Below, in pieces: positions 8,937-16,700 of a stretch of 20,000 nucleotides of DNA. The position numbers were made by a program, and so were the translations under genes. Numbering within the stretch: position 1 is the stretch's first letter; each line of letters starts with the position of its first letter. The notes beneath the pieces are model-generated. The model was given only the letters and a program-made list of their open reading frames with translations, was not told the DNA's origin and ran no database searches. Source of the DNA: an uncultured virus (IMG/VR IMGVR_UViG_3300001477_000100) (lineage: Duplodnaviria; Heunggongvirae; Uroviricota; Caudoviricetes); the IMG/VR virus record IMGVR_UViG_3300001477_000100; one strand, given 5' to 3'.

Positions 8937-9278
8937 ATGAAAATCATACCGTATACAATGTCATTGATGTTCGATGAATGCAACATAAGGTATTTTGGTA
9001 ATTCACTTCCAAGACCAATGTTCGGATTCACTAATGAGAAGAATTGCTATGCAAGATTTTGTCATTATCCATCAGCAGGAATATATGCAATAGATTTCTC
9101 TGAGGCGAATTTAAAAGACTGTGAATTGGATGAGGAACTATTCAAAACCTGTATGATTCACGAAATGATTCATTTATATTTGAAATATAACCATATTAAA
9201 GATGATGCCCAACACGGCACGCAATTTAAACAAATGGTCGATAAATTAAATAAAATGTATAACTTAAAAATATTTTAA
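8937..9278 (+). CDS. SprT-like zinc metallopeptidase domain protein
   Basis: FDxxNxxYFxxxLP start, HEMIH (HExxH) and downstream HGxxFK motif typical of the SprT family. Confidence 0.85.
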   Translation: MKIIPYTMSLMFDECNIRYFGNSLPRPMFGFTNEKNCYARFCHYPSAGIYAIDFSEANLKDCELDEELFKTCMIHEMIHLYLKYNHIKDDAQHGTQFKQMVDKLNKMYNLKIF

Positions 9279-9283
9279 ATAAT

Positions 9284-9454
9284 ATGTCAGGAATATATGA
9301 TACACTTGGACTATGCTCGGAAAGAACAAACCCAGAAACAGGTGAAAAGGAATGGTTCTATAGTGGAGGATGGCATAACCAAAAATGGATGGATAACTAC
9401 GGGCTAGGATGTATATTAGATGCAGATTGGGGACTAGGTGATGAATATGATTAA
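9284..9454 (+). CDS. small hypothetical protein (56 aa, Trp/Gly-rich)
   Basis: MSGIYDTLGLCSERTNPETGEKEWFYSGGWH...GDEYD, read by hand. Confidence 0.7.
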   Translation: MSGIYDTLGLCSERTNPETGEKEWFYSGGWHNQKWMDNYGLGCILDADWGLGDEYD

Positions 9455-9526
9455 AATGGGTATGATAATAAATTTGTGCCATCTTCTATATTATTTTCAA
9501 TATAAAGCACAGAAAGGATAGAATAT

Positions 9527-9721
9527 ATGAGTATGGTAGCAAGATTATTTAAAGGAGCTATGGACGATGAATGGCAATGTTGGTGTCCTGCTTGTGGTGA
9601 GAGTGTCTATGTAGATTTAAAGAATGATTTTTATCAGACAATGGATAATGGAGATAGGGAATATTATGTACGCTGCCCCGAATGTGGACAAGCGTTTTAC
9701 ACAGCAGAATCTTATGATTAA
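9527..9721 (+). CDS. small zinc-ribbon protein
   Basis: CPACG...CPECG pair. Confidence 0.85.
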   Translation: MSMVARLFKGAMDDEWQCWCPACGESVYVDLKNDFYQTMDNGDREYYVRCPECGQAFYTAESYD

Positions 9722-9741
9722 AGTGCAGAAAGGAGAATAAT

Positions 9742-10011
9742 ATGAGTAAAGCAGAAGATTTAGCAAAAATGTTATATCCAGATTGGAAGGCAACTGGTGT
9801 TCCTACTGTTGATGGTTTGGAAAATTCAGAGGCTAGAATCCAAAGAGTAGCTTATACTAAAGGCTACCGCCAAGCGGAGAAAGATATGTTATATGAATAC
9901 GGATGGCTTGTGCCAAAAGTAAAAATGTTAAAACTTAAATATTGCCACAACAGAGAGGCTGTAAAAGCAATAGAAGAAGCATGCGACATATTAAACGAAT
10001 TTAAACAATAG
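9742..10011 (+). CDS. hypothetical protein (89 aa)
   Basis: ORF track; AAAGGAG upstream. Confidence 0.85.
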   Translation: MSKAEDLAKMLYPDWKATGVPTVDGLENSEARIQRVAYTKGYRQAEKDMLYEYGWLVPKVKMLKLKYCHNREAVKAIEEACDILNEFKQ

Positions 10012-10026
10012 TTAAAAAAAATAGTT

Positions 10027-10479
10027 ATGGCACAATACATAGACAAAGACGCTGTAGTAGCGGAGATAGAGAGATTAAAAAAATCACATGATAATTGGTC
10101 TTATATGGGAAAACGCTTCCATCAAGATTATGAGACCCTTTTATCTTTCATCGACACCCTTGAAGTGAAAGAATCATCGCTTGAGAAAAAAGCAAAAGCC
10201 TATGACAAGGCTATTGAACTTGCAAAAACATATTTAAGCATTACTGACTCAGTTTCCGATGCTGAATTAATAGAACTTATATTTCCAGAACTCAAAGAAA
10301 AAGAGGATGAAATTAAACAAAATGGATATATAGAACTTACAGATTTTGAATCTGCATTATTCACCGCATTTAGTGACGCTTGGCAACAATATTTAAGAGG
10401 AGAAGAAGTAAATGTCGCACAGTGGGCTAAAGAACATTCTGCTGAACTATTAGAAGCGGCAAAATCAAAAGTGGAATGA
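10027..10479 (+). CDS. mosaic hypothetical protein carrying an internal KAKAYD...FPELKE.EDE module
   Basis: Its middle module matches the N-terminal module of the 1630 protein. Confidence 0.85.
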   Translation: MAQYIDKDAVVAEIERLKKSHDNWSYMGKRFHQDYETLLSFIDTLEVKESSLEKKAKAYDKAIELAKTYLSITDSVSDAELIELIFPELKEKEDEIKQNGYIELTDFESALFTAFSDAWQQYLRGEEVNVAQWAKEHSAELLEAAKSKVE

Positions 10480-10500
10480 AGAAAAAAGTTAAATAACTAT

Positions 10501-10539
10501 AAAATACCTAAGAGTTTTTGCTTTTGGGTATTTTTTTTT
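10501..10539 (+). terminator. intrinsic terminator hairpin ending block 1, overlapping the next promoter
   Basis: AAAATACCTAAGAG / CTTTTGGGTATTTT form a 14-bp stem (2 G-U pairs), followed by a T run. Confidence 0.6.
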
Positions 10540-10548
10540 ATACATTTG
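10517..10548 (+). promoter_or_regulatory. Bacteroidota primary-sigma promoter
   Basis: TTTG (10517-10520), 20 nt, TACATTTG (10541-10548). Confidence 0.75.
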
Positions 10549-10552
10549 CATT

Positions 10553-10906
10553 ATGGATAGAAATATATCGGAAGTATTGAAGAATCTCAAATCTGCCATA
10601 GATGACAGTGCTGAGAACATAACGAAAATCACAAGTGGCAACGTATCCCATGAAGTGGCTAACATACGCTCAGTCGTGCTAAACCTAACTGACGCATATA
10701 TTAGCCCTAACTTGGATAAGATTGATGATATAGACCTCAAGAATCTGTTGGAGAAGACTCGTAGGAATCTATTTGCCATTAACAATACATTAGAAATGCT
10801 GAACCCAACCAACGTTAGCGAGGGTGGGAACAAACAACTCCATGATTGGCTTAAATTCTACTCAGATGCCCTAATACCATATATCAAGAAATATGCCAAA
10901 ATATAA
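10553..10906 (+). CDS. hypothetical helical protein (117 aa)
   Basis: ORF directly downstream of the promoter. Confidence 0.85.
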   Translation: MDRNISEVLKNLKSAIDDSAENITKITSGNVSHEVANIRSVVLNLTDAYISPNLDKIDDIDLKNLLEKTRRNLFAINNTLEMLNPTNVSEGGNKQLHDWLKFYSDALIPYIKKYAKI

Positions 10907-11123
10907 ATTCAGCACAATCGGAGCAAATGAAAACGGAAATAAAATATTCTGTAAACTCACTCTAGATAAACATAATCTGTTGAAAGGATATTATGATTTT
11001 GATAAAGAGAAATTCATTGTCATCAAATACCTATATCATAATTTCCCACAAGGAGTCACAAAGAATAAAATTAAAAAAGCATTGAAAGAAATACTATTAC
11101 TTGATTATGACTGGAATATATAA
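10893..11123 (+). CDS. hypothetical protein (76 aa)
   Basis: ORF track; short overlaps with neighbours. Confidence 0.7.
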   Translation: MPKYKFSTIGANENGNKIFCKLTLDKHNLLKGYYDFDKEKFIVIKYLYHNFPQGVTKNKIKKALKEILLLDYDWNI

Positions 11124-11436
11124 CATCAGAGGTTTTTATGATGGAGAAAAAAACCCGTCATTAAAACGTGTCAAAAATTTAGTTCCACGAATAGTAACAT
11201 ATGACGATACTTATGCCCTTTGTTTGATAGAAAAATACAACCACATTGAATATCATGATTCATACTATTGTTTTTTATCAAAATATGGGGTAACTGATAA
11301 AGATAAATGGTGCTATGGTGACACTATTAAAAAACCGTCTTTGGAAGACTATTTCAAAATATCATACAGATTGAAAGAATTGGGTCTTATATTTAATCTA
11401 AAAAAAATAATATATGATAGCAACAGAAATAAATGA
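11107..11436 (+). CDS. hypothetical protein
   Basis: ORF track 11101..11436; ATG 11107 preferred. Confidence 0.75.
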   Translation: MTGIYNIRGFYDGEKNPSLKRVKNLVPRIVTYDDTYALCLIEKYNHIEYHDSYYCFLSKYGVTDKDKWCYGDTIKKPSLEDYFKISYRLKELGLIFNLKKIIYDSNRNK

Positions 11437-11971
11437 ATTCTTCAGATACCTTAATGAATTATTGGACAAATTCGTGACTGGTATTGAGGTTAAACCGATA
11501 AGGATAAAAAAAGATATGTATATCACTGGATTCAGAAAACTCGATTTAACGCAGTTCGAAGCACATGTGAAACATATTAAGCCACTCCTTATCAAGACAG
11601 ATGACTATACAATGGAAATGCCTCTGAAAGACACACCAGAAGCGGAAATGTGGATAGACGTGGAACTCCTATCACCACAAACGGTAAGAGAAGCATTCAA
11701 TGAACTAAGAAACTATTTCTTCACATTGAAAGGGTTTGTTATCGCAGAACTGAATTTCAGACTCAAAAACGAAACAGATAACTATTCATTACATGATGAG
11801 ACTATCATATATGACGTAAAAAGAACTGCCGCAAAAGAAACAATTGCAAAAAGAAAATTCTGCACAGTCTTTAAATCAAGTTTCACTAATTGGGGAAAAC
11901 TCAATGGGGCTGAGAATAAAGAAAAACAACCGACAATAAGTGATGAGGAATTCGCAGATATGGCTCTATGA
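11414..11971 (+). CDS. hypothetical protein (185 aa)
   Basis: ORF track; ATGA coupling to the next gene. Confidence 0.85.
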   Translation: MIATEINEFFRYLNELLDKFVTGIEVKPIRIKKDMYITGFRKLDLTQFEAHVKHIKPLLIKTDDYTMEMPLKDTPEAEMWIDVELLSPQTVREAFNELRNYFFTLKGFVIAELNFRLKNETDNYSLHDETIIYDVKRTAAKETIAKRKFCTVFKSSFTNWGKLNGAENKEKQPTISDEEFADMAL

Positions 11972-12333
11972 TTGACATAAGGAAAGAAATAACCGATTCA
12001 TACACTCTATATAAAACAAAAGCAATCTTATATAGAACAAGAACAGAAAAAGGACTTGAAGCATATGAGATAATGAAAAGACTCGTTTATGTTGCATATA
12101 GAATGGGTAGAAAAATAACCTATATTGACTACGATACTTTCTTAAAGAGGGCTCTAGTTTGGTTAGATAAAAAAGATGATGGTATATATAATTTTATGAA
12201 CTTGGGAGCTATGCTAGAACAACCATACGGTAGAACATTATTCGGTATAGACGTAGACATAATAGTGAATGGCACATATGGGCAAATAGAACAGCAATTA
12301 TTAAACAAAAGCAAAGAACTGCTGGACAAATAG
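11968..12333 (+). CDS. hypothetical protein (121 aa) with duplicated 3' end
   Basis: ORF track; its stop lies within the second copy of a 44-bp tandem repeat. Confidence 0.85.
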   Translation: MIDIRKEITDSYTLYKTKAILYRTRTEKGLEAYEIMKRLVYVAYRMGRKITYIDYDTFLKRALVWLDKKDDGIYNFMNLGAMLEQPYGRTLFGIDVDIIVNGTYGQIEQQLLNKSKELLDK

Positions 12334-12367
12334 AACAGAGATTGTTAAACAAAAGCAAAGAACTGCT
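12280..12367 (+). repeat. 44-bp imperfect tandem duplication
   Basis: GGGCAAATAGAACAGCAATTATTAAACAAAAGCAAAGAACTGCT followed by GGACAAATAGAACAGAGATTGTTAAACAAAAGCAAAGAACTGCT (4 mismatches). Confidence 0.9.
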
Positions 12368-12391
12368 TTAATGAAACAAATAATCATTTAA

Positions 12392-12718
12392 ATGACATAC
12401 ATTATGAATAAAAACGAACTTGAAAAAGCAATTTTTACAACAATTGTTAAAAACGGTGTGGATTCTTCTAAAGACATTGGTAACGATGATAACCCAATGG
12501 AAGATAAGGTATATACAAGAAGAATCAATATCAACGCACGTTACAAAGACACGGAAATAGTATGCGTGAGCATTACAAGCGACACACCTTCATTTGATGA
12601 CCCCACTAACGAAAACATGACGAGAATTAACGCAAAAAACTCTCGTGGCATGTGGTGCAACATCTTTACCAATGAGGCAACAAAAGATATGCTTGAATTT
12701 ATCTATTCAAAACTGTAA
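12392..12718 (+). CDS. hypothetical protein (~105 aa)
   Basis: ORF track; start at 12392 or 12404. Confidence 0.85.
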   Translation: MTYIMNKNELEKAIFTTIVKNGVDSSKDIGNDDNPMEDKVYTRRININARYKDTEIVCVSITSDTPSFDDPTNENMTRINAKNSRGMWCNIFTNEATKDMLEFIYSKL

Positions 12719-12730
12719 AATATATAAGAA

Positions 12731-13204
12731 ATGAATAAAACATTTAATGGGAAAAAACTATATCTGCTTGATATAAGAACAATATATCCTTTTAATAATA
12801 CAATCTATTATGCGGGATTCGGAAGCCATAAATACAAAAAGTTTGACTTGAAAATGTTCACTAACCCCATCGCTATTACTGGACTGTATAAGAAACAATA
12901 TCTCATATATTCACTGAATGACCAGATGCAAGTATTTGAGTTAGGAAGTCTAATACCAGGAGAGAAAGTAGAACCAAAAACCAGCCCAAATACCTTCATA
13001 GCAAAATTTAAAGATTTCTATGTCTCAACATCAAAACTAGAACTTATCGAACTATATAAGAAACATTGTAGAGAGGCAAAGAAACTAGTAGAAGATGAGA
13101 TTAAAAAAATCCGATACATTACTAGCACCAATTACTATCTTGGGATTCTGGGGATAATTGATGAAACATATCGTGACTTTCTAAAACAAATTAAAGAATT
13201 ATGA
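12731..13204 (+). CDS. tandem paralog array member 1
   Basis: KKLY near the N-terminus, VSTSKLELIELYKK motif, ends IKEL. Confidence 0.85.
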   Translation: MNKTFNGKKLYLLDIRTIYPFNNTIYYAGFGSHKYKKFDLKMFTNPIAITGLYKKQYLIYSLNDQMQVFELGSLIPGEKVEPKTSPNTFIAKFKDFYVSTSKLELIELYKKHCREAKKLVEDEIKKIRYITSTNYYLGILGIIDETYRDFLKQIKEL

Positions 13205-13710
13205 ATTGGAGACCAAAAAAAGGCGTAGGAAAAAAACTATACGTGGTAGAACTAGGTGATGTTTTCAATTGGTATATACGACAAAATTACCTCTGTACAT
13301 CATCAACTGTCGTACCGATTATGGAAATGTATAAAGACGTGCTAATCATTACAAGCGGACGAACAAATAACTCATTATACATTACAGCCAAAAAAAAGGA
13401 CGATAAGGAATATAGAGCATTTAAAGTCAAGAAAGTTGAAACCATTGAGGAAAATAATGGCATCATTGTAATGAAAGGAAGAAATGTGCTCATCACCAAC
13501 GACAAAAAAACCATACTAGAATTTATCTCGCCAATATATAAGAAAAGACTAATAGCAGCACAACAAGAGGCTGTTGACGTAGCACATGGGGAAATAAAAC
13601 AAGAATACGATTATTATGCACTGGGTTATGCACTCTCTAAGGTCAATGAACAACCAAAACGTATAGGCGATTCATATAAATTATTCCTACAAGAACTGAA
13701 AGAACTATGA
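13201..13710 (+). CDS. tandem paralog array member 2
   Basis: MNW...KKLY, LITNDKKTILEFI, ends LKEL; ATGA overlap. Confidence 0.85.
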   Translation: MNWRPKKGVGKKLYVVELGDVFNWYIRQNYLCTSSTVVPIMEMYKDVLIITSGRTNNSLYITAKKKDDKEYRAFKVKKVETIEENNGIIVMKGRNVLITNDKKTILEFISPIYKKRLIAAQQEAVDVAHGEIKQEYDYYALGYALSKVNEQPKRIGDSYKLFLQELKEL

Positions 13711-14195
13711 ACGATAAACCATTTACATTGTATTATATAAATAGCCTTAAATACATCAAAACCAATAGCTTCCAAGCGTCTGCTGGAAAAATAGCTGACG
13801 TTAGAACCGTCTCAAAAGGTCTCACGATTTTAGGATTTAAAGAAAATTCTAACCATTATGCCATTGTCGGAGATAGACCTAATATTATATCAATGGGAAT
13901 GGTAGTGAAAATAGAAACAAAAAACAAAAACATAATCTATCTAGGACAAAAAATCTATTCCAACTCACAAAAAGAACTCTTTGACTATATCAAACGAGAA
14001 GTAACAACAATGTTACAAAAATTAGAAAATGACATAGTAAGAGCACAAGACATGAAGAGAAATCTATCTGCCACACCCTTCAGCGTGGAAAGAAGAACCA
14101 CACTATATGATGAATTCATTAACCAAAGCTATAAACAAATAAAAACAATTAAAGCAAACTCAAAAGAACTAATAACAAACCTTAAGAAAGCATGA
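13707..14195 (+). CDS. tandem paralog array member 3
   Basis: FTLY, IYSNSQKELFDYIKR, ends LKKA; ATGA overlap. Confidence 0.85.
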   Translation: MNDKPFTLYYINSLKYIKTNSFQASAGKIADVRTVSKGLTILGFKENSNHYAIVGDRPNIISMGMVVKIETKNKNIIYLGQKIYSNSQKELFDYIKREVTTMLQKLENDIVRAQDMKRNLSATPFSVERRTTLYDEFINQSYKQIKTIKANSKELITNLKKA

Positions 14196-14686
14196 TTTGG
14201 ACTAATGAGGATAAATTGACAATATACGTAGGACAGGTAATTAAGCCAGAAATATTCACTTACCTAGTTCCTATGACTCCAATTCTACCACCACTAACAG
14301 ACGTGGTAGGACTAGCTTGCGGAACAACAGATTCGTCAAGACTCTACTTCATACAAGGAAAAGATATGAACGTGAAAGAACTGTCAACAGCAAAGTACCA
14401 TAAAAACTCTAAACATATCACAATAGAATCACCATTCCAAATATATACAACCGATAAAAAAATACTCTTCGACTACTATAAAAAACAATTTCATAAAGGC
14501 ATAGAACATCTAGAATCAAGAATCGATACACTAGGGCAAAAAGCAAATAAAGCTAGATTAAATGCTGTAACAAGAACAATAATGGATGTACAATACATAC
14601 TGAATTCTATACAAAAATATAGAGAACTGAAAGTAAATGCTATGAACGCATATAGACAAACAATAGAAACCATTAAAAAACTATGA
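14192..14686 (+). CDS. tandem paralog array member 4
   Basis: MIWTNEDKLTIY, IYTTDKKILFDYYKK, ends IKKL; ATGA overlap. Confidence 0.85.
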   Translation: MIWTNEDKLTIYVGQVIKPEIFTYLVPMTPILPPLTDVVGLACGTTDSSRLYFIQGKDMNVKELSTAKYHKNSKHITIESPFQIYTTDKKILFDYYKKQFHKGIEHLESRIDTLGQKANKARLNAVTRTIMDVQYILNSIQKYRELKVNAMNAYRQTIETIKKL

Positions 14687-15186
14687 CGTGGACTAATAAA
14701 GATAACGATAAATTCATCTATATGTTCAACCTAGGAATGTTAGGACATCTAGATACATTCTTTGTGGATAAATACCAAGGCATGGACTTAGTAGTCAATA
14801 AAACCAATAAAGCAACAACCGTGTCAGTAGACACAATAGAGTCAATGTCAATCGCAACAATCACAACAAATACACCACAAGGAATAATCTATCTTCCCAA
14901 TATAGATGTACTATATGCAAACGAAACAACAAAACAATTCGCATTCATATCAAAAACCACAATGTATGTAAACAAAATGAAACTCATCACTAACGATAAA
15001 CAACTAATGATGAGAATCATTAAAAGAGTTATTAAGAAAAAAATAATAAGAATAGAAGAACTGAGAAGAACCATAATAAGACAAAACTCTACACTTACAC
15101 ATACATATACAGTCCTCTATGATAATACAGTTGAAAAACTATATCAAATCTATAACACACTAAACGAAAAAATAAAATCTTTGTGA
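14683..15186 (+). CDS. tandem paralog array member 5
   Basis: MTWTNKDNDKFIY, LITNDKQLMMRIIKR, ends IKSL; ATGA overlap. Confidence 0.85.
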   Translation: MTWTNKDNDKFIYMFNLGMLGHLDTFFVDKYQGMDLVVNKTNKATTVSVDTIESMSIATITTNTPQGIIYLPNIDVLYANETTKQFAFISKTTMYVNKMKLITNDKQLMMRIIKRVIKKKIIRIEELRRTIIRQNSTLTHTYTVLYDNTVEKLYQIYNTLNEKIKSL

Positions 15187-15187
15187 T

Positions 15188-15433
15188 ATGGAAAATTCAG
15201 ACGCAAAACTCATACTCACAGAAATGAAACACATCATGAACGTGACAACAATAATGGATTTGTTCTTCAAACCCTTCGAAGAGTTTAGACAAGAAAAAAA
15301 ATATACTGTCGATGAAGCAATCACTGCAAAAGACGCACAATTCGACTACTTGCAAAAATACGGAACATTCACAATAAAAGCGACACTCGCTAAAATAGAA
15401 AACATACTTAAAAACTCTAATAATGAAAATTGA
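15188..15433 (+). CDS. hypothetical protein (81 aa)
   Basis: ORF track. Confidence 0.8.
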   Translation: MENSDAKLILTEMKHIMNVTTIMDLFFKPFEEFRQEKKYTVDEAITAKDAQFDYLQKYGTFTIKATLAKIENILKNSNNEN

Positions 15434-15824
15434 AGAACTATTACCACAACTGCATAACAAAATAACATACTTCATATACCTAAATAGAGCAGTGACCTTT
15501 CCTACACTGCACATAACAAAAACAACTAATACAAAAAAAACAAAAGTACCACTATTATCTGGAGAAGTAAACGTCTTCTCGCTAATAGGACAAACAACAT
15601 GGCTATTTGGAAGAACTATTGAGAACGTGGTATATGAAGAACAAGAAATCGTGGAGTATAAACATGACTATATCAAATTTAATAAAAACAGAAAACTTGA
15701 AGACTGGTACATCACACAAACTAAACAAGGACTAGTCAACACTGTTAAAATGCTCTTCAAAAAATATAAACTTTCACTATCGACATATAAATACATAATC
15801 ACTGTAATCAAAAATAGCGAATGA
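15423..15824 (+). CDS. hypothetical protein, possible shortened sixth member of the paralog array
   Basis: YFIY near the N-terminus, YITQTKQGLVNTVK motif, ends IKNSE. Confidence 0.75.
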   Translation: MKIEELLPQLHNKITYFIYLNRAVTFPTLHITKTTNTKKTKVPLLSGEVNVFSLIGQTTWLFGRTIENVVYEEQEIVEYKHDYIKFNKNRKLEDWYITQTKQGLVNTVKMLFKKYKLSLSTYKYIITVIKNSE

Positions 15825-16106
15825 CACGTAGAGAATCTATATAAACCATACAAAAATATATACTTTACAAACGTGTAAGTCATTGATAATTAGGAGCATA
15901 AGAGAGAAAAAAATGATATATTGGAAATACAATGAATAGGCGTATTTATAAAGCGTTTATGGTGAAAAATATTTCCGTGAGAAATTGATGAGACAGATGG
16001 GGTGAAACAAATTAGAAAACTATCATATATAAGAAATAATATAGGGGAAATATAGAAGAAAAAACTGTTGCTTTTATATTCCAGAAAAAAAAAATTAAAA
16101 AATAAA
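15825..16106. other. AT-rich non-coding region at a sharp strand-skew inversion (candidate replication origin)
   Basis: + strand is A/C-rich to the left and G/T-rich to the right; TAAGTCATTGATA (15876-15888) matches the IHF consensus YAANNNNTTGATW. Confidence 0.45.
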
Positions 16107-16619
16107 ATGAAAAGATTCAGGTATTATAACATAATGAAATTTATTGGTAACGATGTTAGCTCTACATCATACCAAAACTTAGATAGTTTATGCGAACATG
16201 TGGGGTTGACGAATCCAGCTCTAGACATAAATTCTTTAAGGAGTAAAGTGTGCGCATATGAAGAAAGTTTGTCAGATGAAAAGCATGAAAAATATCCTCA
16301 CGTATATATTGCTATTATTTCTAGTGAGATTTTCGTGTCTGTTTTTTATACTGCATTACGAGAGAAATTATTTGATGCTGAAAGGCTGCTACGTATTGCT
16401 TTAGATGATTATGTATGTACGATTAGCTGTAAAACTTGGTCTCATAAAGTAGTTGGCGAATACAGTAGCATCATATATGAAATTAGCAAGAATGGTGAAG
16501 AGAATAATCAGATGATTATAGTGTATAAGGATAGGATTCATTTATTGGATAAAAACGGCAATGTAAGTGGTATGATAAACGGCAAATACCGTCTTTTCGA
16601 AAAATCTACTTGTACATAA
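16107..16619 (+). CDS. hypothetical protein (~170 aa)
   Basis: ORF track 16068..16619; ATG 16107 after an A-rich leader preferred. Confidence 0.8.
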   Translation: MKRFRYYNIMKFIGNDVSSTSYQNLDSLCEHVGLTNPALDINSLRSKVCAYEESLSDEKHEKYPHVYIAIISSEIFVSVFYTALREKLFDAERLLRIALDDYVCTISCKTWSHKVVGEYSSIIYEISKNGEENNQMIIVYKDRIHLLDKNGNVSGMINGKYRLFEKSTCT

Positions 16620-16649
16620 AGTAAATATCATTAAAAAAGATTAATATAT

Positions 16650-16680
16650 TTTGCTAATTGAAAAATTTTTCATATATTTG
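16650..16680 (+). promoter_or_regulatory. Bacteroidota primary-sigma promoter
   Basis: TTTG (16650-16653), 19 nt, TATATTTG (16673-16680); 20 nt before ATG 16701. Confidence 0.75.
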
Positions 16681-16700
16681 CATTATAATATATAGTATAT

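Noticed and set aside
9469..9476. TAAATTTG as a -7 promoter element
   Set aside because: No TTTG at the expected 19-21 nt upstream spacing.
12280..12367. DGR template/variable repeat pair
   Set aside because: Mismatches are not confined to adenines of one copy, the repeat is short, and no reverse transcriptase is in the window.
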